Source: Escherichia phage UPWr_E1
Reading direction: 5' to 3' (one strand)
Sequence record: PP418985.1
Length of the DNA: 64,000 nucleotides
The stretch's first letter is position 1, and each line of letters begins with the position of its first letter. This document shows positions 17,007 through 27,104 of the stretch, piece by piece. The notes beneath the pieces are model-generated. The model saw only the letters and a program-made list of their open reading frames with translations. It did no database searches and was not told where the DNA came from. The position numbers and the translations under genes are program-made.

Positions 17007-18475
17007 TGAAGATTGAAACATTAATCGCATTGCCAGCGGCGGGGAAAACTGATGCTATACTTTCCCACGTCCTAGAGACAAAAGAAAAAGCGGTTATTGC
17101 TTCGCCATCTCGTGTTTTAAGTGAACAATCTTACAATAAGTTTAAAAGAATGGGCGGTCGTGCTGTCTTGATTGATAGCACCAGACTAAGAAGCCTTAAG
17201 ACAGTGCAAGCGTCGATAATGCAATCAGTTAAAGATGGTGCTGGTGTGATATTCATTACACATACAGCGTTATCTAATATGGAGCGTTCAAAAATGTTTA
17301 GTGAATATGCTCTTTACATTGATGAAGTTCCTCAACTGGTTGAATTTAATGAGTATCCGTTTAAGTCTAATCTTGAACTTATCACGAAGCATTGCGAACC
17401 AATCGCCGACGAATCGGAATGCCTACAGAACTTAGTTCTAAAAGACTCTGAGAAGGCCGCTATCAAAGAAAAGATAGAAAGTGCAAAGGATGGTACTGAT
17501 ATGATCGATTCTTCTCTTAGAGGGCTTTATGAGGCGTTATTAGAGAAGAAAATCAACGTTATGGTAAAACATAACGAAGGACACCGGAAGAACGGGTCGA
17601 AAATTGTTTTCTTGAACGATAACAAACACGGTACGTGGGGAGACTTTAAAAAGGTTACGATAGCATGTGCAAATCTCTTTGATACATATAGTGGGAAGTA
17701 TCTACGATACTATGCAAATTGCGATTTTGTTCCTAGTGCGCTAGAATCCAGACTATATTTCAAAGAGTATAAAAATACAGATAGAGTTAACATCATCCTT
17801 ATGACGGACTCTGAACGATGGTCGCGTCACCAGTCAGAAACAAACAATACCTTTGAACGTCTTGTTGATATGGTTAAAAATGAATGTGGTGATGACTTCA
17901 TTTATACCGTGAATCGGGACCGTGAAGCGTGCACAAATGGTATTGGTGAGCGGATACCTTACGGATCTTATGGTCTTAACTCTTACATTCATCATAAAAA
18001 TGTTGCTGTGATGTTCAGCTTTAACCCTCAACGATGGGAGATTGATATTTTAAAAGGTCTTGCTAATAGTTGCGATCTCCCGACAAATGAGTTTTTGAAA
18101 GCGCGTCATGTGTCTGATTATCTGGAACCAGCATTTCAATTATGTTTGCGTTGTAACCTGAGAGACAACGAGAGCAAGGAGAATGTTAATCTATATGTTC
18201 CTGATTGGGCGTTGGTAGATTATCTAAAAACGTTTCTACCTAATGCCAATGTAATAACAGACCGAATGATTCCGCTAGAATGTGGTGAGCGTAAAGGGCG
18301 AAAATCATTTAAAAAGATGTTCGACTTTAACGAGCAAGAGAATGCAAGATTTAACGGATTTAAGTACCGCATGAAGAAAAAAGGAAAAACTCTTGATCCG
18401 TCTGACGGTGAATCAGTAGAGATGGTTAGAGTGTGGATAACTAAGCAAAGAAAGTATAATGGTAATGGGGAATAG
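17006..18475 (+). CDS. P-loop NTPase of unknown function (489 aa)
   Basis: Walker A ALPAAGKT near N-terminus, Walker B-like YIDEV; no T4 counterpart recognised. Confidence 0.6.
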   Translation: MKIETLIALPAAGKTDAILSHVLETKEKAVIASPSRVLSEQSYNKFKRMGGRAVLIDSTRLRSLKTVQASIMQSVKDGAGVIFITHTALSNMERSKMFSEYALYIDEVPQLVEFNEYPFKSNLELITKHCEPIADESECLQNLVLKDSEKAAIKEKIESAKDGTDMIDSSLRGLYEALLEKKINVMVKHNEGHRKNGSKIVFLNDNKHGTWGDFKKVTIACANLFDTYSGKYLRYYANCDFVPSALESRLYFKEYKNTDRVNIILMTDSERWSRHQSETNNTFERLVDMVKNECGDDFIYTVNRDREACTNGIGERIPYGSYGLNSYIHHKNVAVMFSFNPQRWEIDILKGLANSCDLPTNEFLKARHVSDYLEPAFQLCLRCNLRDNESKENVNLYVPDWALVDYLKTFLPNANVITDRMIPLECGERKGRKSFKKMFDFNEQENARFNGFKYRMKKKGKTLDPSDGESVEMVRVWITKQRKYNGNGE

Positions 18476-18500
18476 CCCGAAAGGGTTATTTCCTAAATAA
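18471..18500 (+). terminator. possible weak terminator
   Basis: AATAGCCC-gaaa-GGGTTATT (includes a G-U pair), then TCCTAAAT. Confidence 0.35.
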
Positions 18501-18515
18501 TAGCGAGGGTGCGAA

Positions 18516-19049
18516 GTGTCTGATTATGTAAACAATAAAGAGCTTTACGAAGAAATTTGTCGTTGGAAACAACGAATTGCAGCCGAAGGTCGACAAGTGC
18601 CAATGAGCGATCAAATCGGCCTAGCAATTATGCAAATCTCTAAAAATCTATCACGGCGTTTTAACTTTTCTGGCTATAGTCAAACATGGCGCGAAGAAAT
18701 GATCGACGATGGAATCGAAGCGGCGGTCAAGGGTTTGATTAATTTTGACGAGACAAAGTATAAAAATCCTCATGCTTACATCACGCAAGCGTGCTTTAAT
18801 GCTTTTGTGCAGCGCATTAAAAAAGAAAGAACAGCAACCGCCGCAAAATACAAATATTTTGTGCATCATGTATATGACGAACGCGACGCTGATATGTGCC
18901 AGATTGCTGATGAGGCATTCATACAGGACATTTACGATAAGATCAACAACTACGAGGAATCGGTCAATAAACCGAAAGCGCCAAAGGTTGAAGATGTATT
19001 GACCGAGGAATTGCCTAGCCTGGACCAATTTTATGAGATTGAAAATTAA
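18516..19049 (+). CDS. 55: late-transcription sigma factor gp55
   Basis: Long colinear stretch with remembered T4 gp55 (FNFSGY..., [29 protein letters not shown]); GTG start 18516 after GAGGGTG. Confidence 0.9.
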   Translation: MSDYVNNKELYEEICRWKQRIAAEGRQVPMSDQIGLAIMQISKNLSRRFNFSGYSQTWREEMIDDGIEAAVKGLINFDETKYKNPHAYITQACFNAFVQRIKKERTATAAKYKYFVHHVYDERDADMCQIADEAFIQDIYDKINNYEESVNKPKAPKVEDVLTEELPSLDQFYEIEN

Positions 19050-19266
19050 CATTTCCCGTTTGCTGGAAGAAGCAGAGTTTGAAACTGACCTTGTGCCGTA
19101 TTTCGCCAAATTATTTTTGAGAGATTGCGGCGTTCCGGTGGTTATCGATCCGTGCAATATCAAATCACCGGATCTTGAGGTCTTTACGGGTACAATCTCA
19201 CATAGCTATAATGTATCAGAAGATGAATTTTCTTTAATCATCGACTATATCCCAGAGGTAGAATAA
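19033..19266 (+). CDS. hypothetical protein (77 aa)
   Basis: ORF overlapping end of gene 55. Confidence 0.45.
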   Translation: MRLKINISRLLEEAEFETDLVPYFAKLFLRDCGVPVVIDPCNIKSPDLEVFTGTISHSYNVSEDEFSLIIDYIPEVE

Positions 19267-19267
19267 T

Positions 19268-19555
19268 ATGACTTACGATGAACAACATGACCAGATTGCA
19301 GTGAATGAAGTAGACAAAGTACAAGCAGAACTAGAGGCGAAAGCCGCTAAGAAAGCGGAAAAGATCTTGCGTAAGAACTCGCGAGAGATTGCACGCCTTA
19401 AGCGGTGGGCTGAACAAGCTATCATCGATGATAACCGTGATGCGTATATCTACGCTATCGGAAAATTACGTGATATCTACAAACAGCCACACACGCCAGA
19501 ACTGCTTTCTGCTATGTGGGTTAGTACACGGCAAACGGTATTAAGTATGCTGTAA
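19268..19555 (+). CDS. hypothetical protein (95 aa)
   Basis: ATG 19268; weak terminator follows. Confidence 0.55.
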   Translation: MTYDEQHDQIAVNEVDKVQAELEAKAAKKAEKILRKNSREIARLKRWAEQAIIDDNRDAYIYAIGKLRDIYKQPHTPELLSAMWVSTRQTVLSML

Positions 19556-19576
19556 TGGCTTTATAAGGGAGACTCT

Positions 19577-19600
19577 GAAAGGGGTTTCCCTTTTTATTTT
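19577..19600 (+). terminator. possible terminator
   Basis: Short GC stem around GGGGTTTCCC followed by TTTTTATTTT. Confidence 0.4.
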
Positions 19601-19604
19601 TCTG

Positions 19605-19613
19605 TGATATAGT
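19605..19613 (+). promoter_or_regulatory. extended -10 promoter element (TGaTATAGT) upstream of gene 47
   Basis: TG 19605-19606, TATAGT 19608-19613; no good -35. Confidence 0.4.
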
Positions 19614-19645
19614 GAGAGCATCGAAAACGAAGAGAGGAAGAGAAT

Positions 19646-20671
19646 ATGAAAATTTTGCTTTTGGGTGATCTGCATACTGGTATCGGTGGCGATGATCCGT
19701 GGGTGCATGAGTATATTCTTGATACCATCAAGAAAGCGGTTGAATACTCCAAAGAGCATAATATTAAGACATGGATTCAAACAGGGGATTGGTTTGATTG
19801 CCGAAAAGCAATTACCCATGAAACCATGAAATTTAACCGTACTAAGGTCATCCCGCTACTGGAAGAGGCTGGTATTACTTGTTATACCACAGTCGGGAAT
19901 CATGATATGTTTAAACGAAACAAGATCCAGCCTAACGCACCGCGTGAAGTGTTAAGCCAGTATGATTGCATTAAGGTTATTGATAAACCGGAAACAGTCA
20001 CCTTTGATGGTGTATCATTTGATCTGTTCCCGTGGTTTTGTGATGACAATAAATCAGAGATTTTAGAGTTTATTCAAAACTCATTCAGCGAATATTGTGT
20101 AGGCCATTGGGAATTGTCTGGCTACTATTTCTATAAAGGGCTAAAATCCGAAGGTTATAGCGCGGACTTCCTCAAGAAATACCGTGAAGTGTTTTCCGGT
20201 CACTTTCATACTATCAGTGATGGCGGTAACGTAACATATATTGGTACACCATACACACTAACGGCGGGTGACGAAAACGATCCGCGTGGTTTTTGGGTAT
20301 TCGATACCGATACACACAAAAAAGAGTTTATTCAGAATGACAAAACTTATCATGTGCGTATCACTTACCCGTCAGATGATAAAATCGATGTAGAACGCTT
20401 TAAGGGGCTTAGTGTGCGTCTTATTGCAACGGTTGCTGATAATGGGTTAACTAAGTTAGAAAGCGCGTTAGAGGCCGTTGTACACAAGCTAAAAGTGGTC
20501 CATAAGCTGGAGAGTAGCGCATCACAGGAAACAGGTGTTATTGAAGTTAAAAGCACTATTCAGATGGTCTATGAATATCTGGAAGAACAAAACCTAGAAC
20601 CGGAAGAACTTGCGGCGGTCAAGCGTATTTCTGATGAACTTTTAGCCGAAGTAAATAGCGCAAAAAGTTAG
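19646..20671 (+). CDS. 47: recombination/repair nuclease subunit gp47 (SbcD/Mre11-like)
   Basis: MKIL.LGD.H phosphoesterase N-terminus, GNHD, GHFH motifs; colinear with remembered T4 gp47. Confidence 0.9.
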   Translation: MKILLLGDLHTGIGGDDPWVHEYILDTIKKAVEYSKEHNIKTWIQTGDWFDCRKAITHETMKFNRTKVIPLLEEAGITCYTTVGNHDMFKRNKIQPNAPREVLSQYDCIKVIDKPETVTFDGVSFDLFPWFCDDNKSEILEFIQNSFSEYCVGHWELSGYYFYKGLKSEGYSADFLKKYREVFSGHFHTISDGGNVTYIGTPYTLTAGDENDPRGFWVFDTDTHKKEFIQNDKTYHVRITYPSDDKIDVERFKGLSVRLIATVADNGLTKLESALEAVVHKLKVVHKLESSASQETGVIEVKSTIQMVYEYLEEQNLEPEELAAVKRISDELLAEVNSAKS

Positions 20672-20700
20672 TTGACGCGGGGAGAAATCCCCGTTATACT
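20672..20700 (+). promoter_or_regulatory. early promoter with spacer stem-loop (type I)
   Basis: TTGACG 20672-20677; CGGGGA-gaaa-TCCCCG 20678-20693; TATACT 20695-20700. Confidence 0.75.
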
Positions 20701-20726
20701 CTCTAAAAAATTGATTGGAGGTTGTT

Positions 20727-20972
20727 ATGATTGCTAATGCACTGAAAGAAATCAACGAAGGTTTATCGAAATTCACTAAGATCCATGTATTTGAGGTTGT
20801 GCGAGATGGTCAGTATATGCTATCATTTCGGTCTAACTATGGTTTATGGACTCATGACGAAATCCCATTTGATCGTGAACATATCACCAAAGAGGGGCTA
20901 ACAAACATCGTATCCCGTAAGGTTGCTGATATTACCCAGAATGTGATTGCCCGTGAATCGTGGAGTATGTAA
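20727..20972 (+). CDS. hypothetical protein (81 aa)
   Basis: Stem-loop promoter 20672-20700; ATG 20727 after GGAGG. Confidence 0.55.
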   Translation: MIANALKEINEGLSKFTKIHVFEVVRDGQYMLSFRSNYGLWTHDEIPFDREHITKEGLTNIVSRKVADITQNVIARESWSM

Positions 20973-20973
20973 A

Positions 20974-21291
20974 ATGAAAACACTTGCACAAAAAGTAGTA
21001 GAATTTAATGCAGCTTTGCCTATGTTTGCTCGACGTAAGGGGATCTCCGTTGATGTATGGTATTCTAAAGAGCATGAAGAAGTTCGGATGATGGTCGAAA
21101 AGCGACTCACTGATACTACCGTTAAGTGTAAGATTCGCTCTATTCCTCGCGCGGAAATAGAATTTGATGAAAGCTATTATTTTACGCTACGTCATACACT
21201 GAAACAAGCAGTGGATGAACTTTTAGAAGACCTGAAACAATATGAAATTGAACGAGGAACATATTATGAATACGACTATGGTCGCGGCTGA
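20974..21291 (+). CDS. hypothetical protein (105 aa)
   Basis: ATG 20974 after GGAGT. Confidence 0.5.
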   Translation: MKTLAQKVVEFNAALPMFARRKGISVDVWYSKEHEEVRMMVEKRLTDTTVKCKIRSIPRAEIEFDESYYFTLRHTLKQAVDELLEDLKQYEIERGTYYEYDYGRG

Positions 21292-21838
21292 TTCTGATTC
21301 GCTGGTAATGGAACATTTTATTGAATTGGTGCACACATACACACTAAAACAATCACATTGCAAGAATCCGATCTATGGCTATCTGAAAGCGCGTATTGCT
21401 AAAATGTGGGGTCAGCCAGTGGTTAAGATGTGGTATGATGACGGTTATCGTCGTTACCTTAAAGTGATTCATCCACAGGATTTGATGGTAACTATGGACA
21501 TTGGCGTATTTGTAAAAGACAAAGTAGAAGCCATTATTAAGAGTGTGGTCGGTGAATATAATCCGATTGTGTATGGTGCTTTCGTCCAGTGGAAACAATC
21601 CAGCAAATATTATTTTCCTAATACACCTTTGACGTTAACAGGGTGGATCTCTGTTATGCATAGTGGGGTATTCCTGGAAGCGTCAGAGACGATGTATAAA
21701 GGGTATATTCTCCCACATCGACTGGTGAAATGTGATCACCGCTTGACGGTAGGTGAATTTCGCGATATTCTGGAACAACAAGCGGAAGACCTGCAAGGTG
21801 AAATTGATGAATTTTTAGAGGAACATAAACTAAAATGA
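21266..21838 (+). CDS. hypothetical protein (190 aa)
   Basis: ATG 21266 after GAGGAACATATT. Confidence 0.5.
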   Translation: MNTTMVAADSDSLVMEHFIELVHTYTLKQSHCKNPIYGYLKARIAKMWGQPVVKMWYDDGYRRYLKVIHPQDLMVTMDIGVFVKDKVEAIIKSVVGEYNPIVYGAFVQWKQSSKYYFPNTPLTLTGWISVMHSGVFLEASETMYKGYILPHRLVKCDHRLTVGEFRDILEQQAEDLQGEIDEFLEEHKLK

Positions 21839-22098
21839 TTCTATCGATGACCTACCTTAGACACAGGGTTATAGAAGGTCTTCGCGAATATCTGGCATTG
21901 AATAAAGGGGTTTATATTGACCCCTTTATGACATATGATCCGGCGACACTGGATTATGTTGTCATGCTGCCAGATCGCAGAGACACACTAGTTAAAGTGA
22001 AGGCAGCAAGTGTTTACAACTTTGATGAAGATGTGTTAGCATTTAATATTATGGAATGTGTGATCGCGGAGTGGCTTAATGGCAAAGTTAAATTTTAA
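21835..22098 (+). CDS. hypothetical protein (87 aa)
   Basis: ORF; ATGA overlap. Confidence 0.5.
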   Translation: MILSMTYLRHRVIEGLREYLALNKGVYIDPFMTYDPATLDYVVMLPDRRDTLVKVKAASVYNFDEDVLAFNIMECVIAEWLNGKVKF

Positions 22099-23761
22099 AA
22101 CCTTGCGCTATCAAAATATAATGAGCGTGGGTGCTGAACCTGTTGAGATTCAGTTAGACGGATTCAAAAAGACGTTGATCACTGGCGTTAACGGTGCTGG
22201 TAAATCAACGATGATCGAGGCTTTATGCTTTGTGTTGTTCGGTAAACCTTTTCGTAGTATCAAGAAAGGCCAATTGATTAACAGCGTCAACAAAAAGAAA
22301 CTGTTAGTCGAAGTCTGGTTTGAACTGGACGGGAAAGAGTTTTATATCAAACGTGGTCAAAAACCGGAAGTATTCGAAGTGCATCGCGACGGTCAAAAGA
22401 TCGACGAGAGCGCAAGCACCAAAGACTTTCAGGAATATTTTGAAGGTATCATAGGCATGAACCTAGCCAGCTTTAAACAGATCGTTGTTTTAGGTACTGC
22501 TGGTTATGTTCCGTTTATGAGTCTTCCGGCAGCGGGTCGCCGTAAACTGGTCGAGGATTTGCTTGATATTGCTACGCTAGGCGAAATGGATAAACTGAAT
22601 AAAGCGTATGTGCGCGAGATTACCCAGAATATCCAAATGCAGGAAATGAAAGCTAATCACGTTCAGCAACAAATCAACACTCATAAAAAGTACATAGAGG
22701 ACGCGAGCAAGGCTAGTGCCGAGAATCTACAGCGTTTGCAGAATATGTATGATAAAGAGGTAGAATCGGCTAAAGCATTTAAAGCCGAAGAAACGCGCTT
22801 GACCGATGAGCTATTGGCTGTTGTTATGCCGGAAGATCCTAGCGCGGCATTGGCTAAAATTAATACGGCTATCGCACAGATTGGTGCGCAGATCCAGAAC
22901 TTTGACCGTGTTATCCATATGCACGAGAAAGGCGGGATCTGTCCTACGTGCACACAACCGATCATTCAGGGTAATGATCAGGCTGTACGCGAACAAAAAG
23001 CACAAGCAGAACATAAACTGTCTCTTATTGACGAGAAACGCGTAGAATACGCAGAGAAAGCCAATTCTTTCCAGACAGCACAAACTAAGGTCTTGGAAAT
23101 TAAACGCGCTATAGAGTCACAGAGAGCGAATTTAACGGCATCTGTAGGTCGTGCTAAACAGATCCAGAAAGCAATTCAGGAATTACAAAAAGAAAGGGTT
23201 GACAATTCCAAAGAACTTGCTAAACTGGAACACGAACTGGTAGAGATTACTAATGAAAAATCAAAGCTAGTTCTTGAAAAATATCATCGTGGATTTGTAA
23301 CAGAAATGTTGAAGGATTCCGGTGTTAAGGCGTCTATCGTCAAGAAATATATTCCATATTTCAATGATCGGATTGCGTATTATCTTGATATCATGGAAGC
23401 GGATTATATCTTTACGTTAGATGAAGAGTTTAACGAAACAATCAAATCACGGGGGCGTGAATCGTTTTCGTATACATCATTCAGTCAAGGCGAAAAAGCA
23501 CGTATTGATCTTGCGATGCTCTTTACATGGCGCGATGTTGCTGGTAAGGTATCTGGTACTAATATTTCTTTGTTGGTACTCGACGAAATTTATGATGGGG
23601 CTACGGACGTTCAAGGCGTAAAAGCACTTGATTCCATCATTGACAAGTTAGATGATAACGTGTATATTATCAGCCATCGTGACCATAACCCTGATGATTT
23701 TAGCCGTCATCTCAAGATGGTTAAACGTGGGCGATTCACTGAAATGAATGTTAACATTTGA
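22079..23761 (+). CDS. 46: recombination/repair ATPase subunit gp46 (SbcC/Rad50-like)
   Basis: 560 aa; Walker A GVNGAGKST, long central coiled coil, C-terminal signature/Walker B (VLDEI). Confidence 0.9.
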   Translation: MAKLNFKTLRYQNIMSVGAEPVEIQLDGFKKTLITGVNGAGKSTMIEALCFVLFGKPFRSIKKGQLINSVNKKKLLVEVWFELDGKEFYIKRGQKPEVFEVHRDGQKIDESASTKDFQEYFEGIIGMNLASFKQIVVLGTAGYVPFMSLPAAGRRKLVEDLLDIATLGEMDKLNKAYVREITQNIQMQEMKANHVQQQINTHKKYIEDASKASAENLQRLQNMYDKEVESAKAFKAEETRLTDELLAVVMPEDPSAALAKINTAIAQIGAQIQNFDRVIHMHEKGGICPTCTQPIIQGNDQAVREQKAQAEHKLSLIDEKRVEYAEKANSFQTAQTKVLEIKRAIESQRANLTASVGRAKQIQKAIQELQKERVDNSKELAKLEHELVEITNEKSKLVLEKYHRGFVTEMLKDSGVKASIVKKYIPYFNDRIAYYLDIMEADYIFTLDEEFNETIKSRGRESFSYTSFSQGEKARIDLAMLFTWRDVAGKVSGTNISLLVLDEIYDGATDVQGVKALDSIIDKLDDNVYIISHRDHNPDDFSRHLKMVKRGRFTEMNVNI

Positions 23762-23978
23762 CAGAGTAACGCAGCCGGAGTTAGAATTGTATACCTTAAT
23801 CAATCTATATTCCGGTGAAGAATATGTAGTTAGTATGGGGGATATGAAAAACAGCATATACAGCGATGAAGACATAACAAAAATGTTGTCTTGTCGTCAT
23901 CATGAGTTCATGCTGGTCCCAAACTTTGATAAACTTGATTACCCTGATGCTGGGGTTGCAACAAACTTTAGAACGTGA
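23748..23978 (+). CDS. hypothetical protein (start uncertain)
   Basis: ORF overlapping end of gene 46. Confidence 0.35.
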   Translation: MLTFDRVTQPELELYTLINLYSGEEYVVSMGDMKNSIYSDEDITKMLSCRHHEFMLVPNFDKLDYPDAGVATNFRT

Positions 23979-23984
23979 TATACT
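23956..23984 (+). promoter_or_regulatory. sigma70-type promoter (TTGCAA, extended -10 TGaTATACT)
   Basis: -35 23956-23961; TG 23976-23977; TATACT 23979-23984. Confidence 0.6.
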
Positions 23985-24008
23985 GATTTTATTTTGGAGA
24001 TTAATATT

Positions 24009-24386
24009 ATGACTACTTCCGCAAACCTGGCTAAAATTACTGTAGCAGACATTCAGAACAAGAAAACCAGCCTCGAATTTGACCGAGCAATGAACAAGAT
24101 CCGTAAAGCGTGGGTACTACAAATGCCGGAAAGTGAGAAAGCTAAAATGAAGGTTATCCCGCAGCAAGCACGCTTTGAACTGTACGCACATATTGATGAT
24201 ATGGTGCAAAAAGAATGGATCGCGGCAATGCGCAAGTATTACGATGATTCAATTGCTAAAGGCGCTAAAACTATTCGAGGTAAAGATATTCTCGAAAAGG
24301 GTTATCAGATTGACACTGATGAACTGCTGATTGAAGCCGCTAGCGTAGTAGTAACTCGTCTGATCGCAATTGCTGATGGGAAGTGA
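24009..24386 (+). CDS. hypothetical protein in rpbA/45.2 position (125 aa)
   Basis: Promoter 23956-23984 (TTGCAA, TGaTATACT); ATG 24009; assignment is positional only. Confidence 0.5.
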   Translation: MTTSANLAKITVADIQNKKTSLEFDRAMNKIRKAWVLQMPESEKAKMKVIPQQARFELYAHIDDMVQKEWIAAMRKYYDDSIAKGAKTIRGKDILEKGYQIDTDELLIEAASVVVTRLIAIADGK

Positions 24387-24390
24387 TAGA

Positions 24391-24768
24391 ATGAAACGTA
24401 TGAGCTTAAAAGAACAATTAATGTTTATCGAACTTGACTATAAACTATTCCCGATACCGTTTGATTATGTCAAACGTGGCAGTGTGGTTAATTTTGATAT
24501 TGGAACCGATAGCAACATTTGGCATTTTGTTGTTGATGAGTTTGTTGATAATGTGATTCGTCGTAAACTTGCTTTTGAACCTTGCGGTGATCTGGTATAT
24601 CTCGAAGGCAAGAAGACCGCAAAGAATCCTGTTACTGTCTATGCTCTGCAACAATACTTGACAGCATATATTGGATTCAGATATACTCATACTATTGATG
24701 AGAAAGCTGCGGAAAACTTCCAAAACAAAATGCTCAAGATTCGTAACGAACACGAAGTAAACCCGTAA
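24391..24768 (+). CDS. hypothetical protein (125 aa)
   Basis: ATG 24391. Confidence 0.5.
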   Translation: MKRMSLKEQLMFIELDYKLFPIPFDYVKRGSVVNFDIGTDSNIWHFVVDEFVDNVIRRKLAFEPCGDLVYLEGKKTAKNPVTVYALQQYLTAYIGFRYTHTIDEKAAENFQNKMLKIRNEHEVNP

Positions 24769-24798
24769 TTAATTGATTAACATGATAAAGGTGATTTG

Positions 24799-25485
24799 AT
24801 GAAACTGACTAAAGAAACCATTGCTACCCTGAAAAACTTTTCCGCTATTAACCCAGGTATCATCCTGAAAAAAGGAAACGTCCTGATCACCAAAAACATG
24901 ACAAACGTTGTATATGGTGAAGCGACTCTGAATCAAGAACTGGAACACGAAATCGGGATCTATGATCTTAACTCTTTCCTGGGTATTCTGAATCTGGTAG
25001 GTGATGAAGCAGATATTACGGTTGATAACCGCACTGGTAACATTCGTGTGTCTAACGATCGTCTGAAAATTAATTATCCTGGTGCTAGTGCTGCCGCTAT
25101 CGTATCACCGAAAGGCCGAGTTACTCCACCTGCAAGCGATGTAGATTACGAACTGAGCAACGACGATCTGAAACAGCTTATGAAAATGAGCAACCAGCTT
25201 AAAGTGGACCGACTTGAGTTTCTACCGATTGATGGTCGTCTGATGATCAAAGGCTGGGAAGAGATTGACAAAAATAATCCGAATGAGATGTTTTGTCTTG
25301 ATATGGGCGAATATGCCGGAACCGCAGACTTCCATTTCTTTATTCGTAAAGATAACATGAAACTGGTTGCTACTGACTTCGGCGATTACAAACTGAGCTT
25401 CACTCGCCGTAAGGCTGTATGGCTGGCAAGTGAAACCGTATCTTATATGATCGCGTGTGACCTTGACTCCAGCTACACCGACTAA
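24799..25485 (+). CDS. 45: sliding clamp gp45
   Basis: 228 aa; colinear with remembered T4 gp45 (MKL.K.T...LKNF..IN.GI.LK, AIYDLN.FLGIL.LV). Confidence 0.92.
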   Translation: MKLTKETIATLKNFSAINPGIILKKGNVLITKNMTNVVYGEATLNQELEHEIGIYDLNSFLGILNLVGDEADITVDNRTGNIRVSNDRLKINYPGASAAAIVSPKGRVTPPASDVDYELSNDDLKQLMKMSNQLKVDRLEFLPIDGRLMIKGWEEIDKNNPNEMFCLDMGEYAGTADFHFFIRKDNMKLVATDFGDYKLSFTRRKAVWLASETVSYMIACDLDSSYTD

Positions 25486-25491
25486 TATAAT
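25463..25491 (+). promoter_or_regulatory. sigma70-type promoter overlapping the end of gene 45
   Basis: TTGACT 25463-25468; TATAAT 25486-25491 (17-nt spacer). Confidence 0.6.
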
Positions 25492-25498
25492 GTTTGTT

Positions 25499-25522
25499 GG
25501 GAGTGTAAATACTCCCCGTTTT
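25499..25522 (+). terminator. hairpin plus T-run after gene 45 (terminator-like; type II hairpin word)
   Basis: GGGAGT-gtaaat-ACTCCC 25499-25516 then CGTTTT; lies just downstream of promoter 25463-25491. Confidence 0.5.
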
Positions 25523-25550
25523 AATGATGTAATTTGTGAGAGGTGATTAT

Positions 25551-26525
25551 ATGCTGAGTGTTAATGAAAATGAGTTTCAGTGGGAACAGAAATACCGTCC
25601 GAAATCAATTTCTGAATGTATTCTGCCGGAAGCAGATAAAAAGATCTTCGCGCAGATTGTTAAGCAAGGCCGAATCCCTTCAATGATTCTGCATAGCCCA
25701 TCGCCGGGTACTGGTAAAACAACCGTTGCTAAGGCGCTTTGCGAAGATGTGGGTGTTGATTATCTGTTTGTTAACGGCGCAGATTGTAAGATTGATTTTA
25801 TCCGCGATGAGATTACACGCTTTGCGCAGAGTGTATCACTCGATGAAGAAAAACGAGAAAAAGGCAAAGTTGTTATTATCGATGAGTATGACCGAGCGGG
25901 GTTAGCTGACGCTCAAAGACACTTGCGTAGTTTCTCTGAGGCATACTCAAACAACGTGACATTCATTATCACAGCAAACGATCTAGAAGGTATTATCCCG
26001 GCGTTACGATCTCGATTTGATCCCATCACGTTTGGATCTCCGACTAAAGATGATCAGCTTCGCATGATGAAAGAAATGATCGTCCGGTGTAAAGCAATTC
26101 TTGATAAAGAAGGTGTGCCAGTAGAAGAAATGCGCGTATTGGCGGAACTGGTTAAGCAGAACTTCCCAGATTTCCGGCGCGTAATGAAACTTTTGGACCG
26201 CTACGCTAAACATGGTAAAATTGATGCTGGCGTATTGAGCATGGTTATCGAAAGTAGCAATACCGAAGTAACTGATGTGGTGGAAGCACTTAAAACTAAA
26301 CAGTTTGCTAATGTGCGTAAACTAGCACCGCGATATACCAATACATACGCTCAATTTGTCAAGAAACTTTATAATGAGTTGTATACTCAAGTTAAGCCAG
26401 CGTCGATTATTCGTCTGACCGAGATTATCGGTGAAAATAATCAGATGTTTGCACACGCGGCTGATAAAGAGATTCACATTGTCTTTTTGTTAATGCAATT
26501 AATGGTTGAATTGGAGTTCGTATAA
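25551..26525 (+). CDS. 44: clamp loader large subunit gp44 (AAA+)
   Basis: EQKYRP, HSPSPGTGKTTVAKAL Walker A, VIIDEYDR Walker B; colinear with remembered T4 gp44. Confidence 0.92.
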   Translation: MLSVNENEFQWEQKYRPKSISECILPEADKKIFAQIVKQGRIPSMILHSPSPGTGKTTVAKALCEDVGVDYLFVNGADCKIDFIRDEITRFAQSVSLDEEKREKGKVVIIDEYDRAGLADAQRHLRSFSEAYSNNVTFIITANDLEGIIPALRSRFDPITFGSPTKDDQLRMMKEMIVRCKAILDKEGVPVEEMRVLAELVKQNFPDFRRVMKLLDRYAKHGKIDAGVLSMVIESSNTEVTDVVEALKTKQFANVRKLAPRYTNTYAQFVKKLYNELYTQVKPASIIRLTEIIGENNQMFAHAADKEIHIVFLLMQLMVELEFV

Positions 26526-27103
26526 TGTTAGGTCAATTTTTCGGTGAAGATGATACACAATTAAACGAGCATGAAATTGCATGGCGCTCTCGTGATTGGG
26601 AAAAGGTGTCTGAATTAGCGGATACATTCACCGAGAAAACCGACAATGCATTATTTGCTCTGATGGATCATATCACCTTAGATAAACAGCGCGTTAATGT
26701 TGGGAATAATTCTGCATACAATCAGAGATGGATTAATACCGCTCTTTCCCAGCACGCAGATTGCCTATATAGCGCGTATGTGATGAATTTAATCGGTCAT
26801 GGCCTCCCAGATCAAATGCATTTTGATTATCTCTTACAGAGTATTTCTAAGGGGAAACGATACGGTAAATGGGCTAAACTAACAGAAGAATTAGACCAAA
26901 AATTGGTTTTAATGGCAGTGGCGAAAGCATATTGTGTAAATATGGATGACGCCCGATTTTATCTCGATTTGGCTAATGAAAAGGGATATATGGACAAGTT
27001 ATTGAAGCACATTAAACCGTATGCGACCGATGAACTTTTGGCGGGTGTTACTAAGAATCAGACAGAAAGGAAACGACTTAAAAAGATTATAGAAAGGTGG
27101 TAA
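26525..27103 (+). CDS. 62: clamp loader small subunit gp62
   Basis: 192 aa ORF between 44 and regA; start overlaps gene 44 stop. Confidence 0.8.
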   Translation: MLGQFFGEDDTQLNEHEIAWRSRDWEKVSELADTFTEKTDNALFALMDHITLDKQRVNVGNNSAYNQRWINTALSQHADCLYSAYVMNLIGHGLPDQMHFDYLLQSISKGKRYGKWAKLTEELDQKLVLMAVAKAYCVNMDDARFYLDLANEKGYMDKLLKHIKPYATDELLAGVTKNQTERKRLKKIIERW

Positions 27104-27104
27104 A

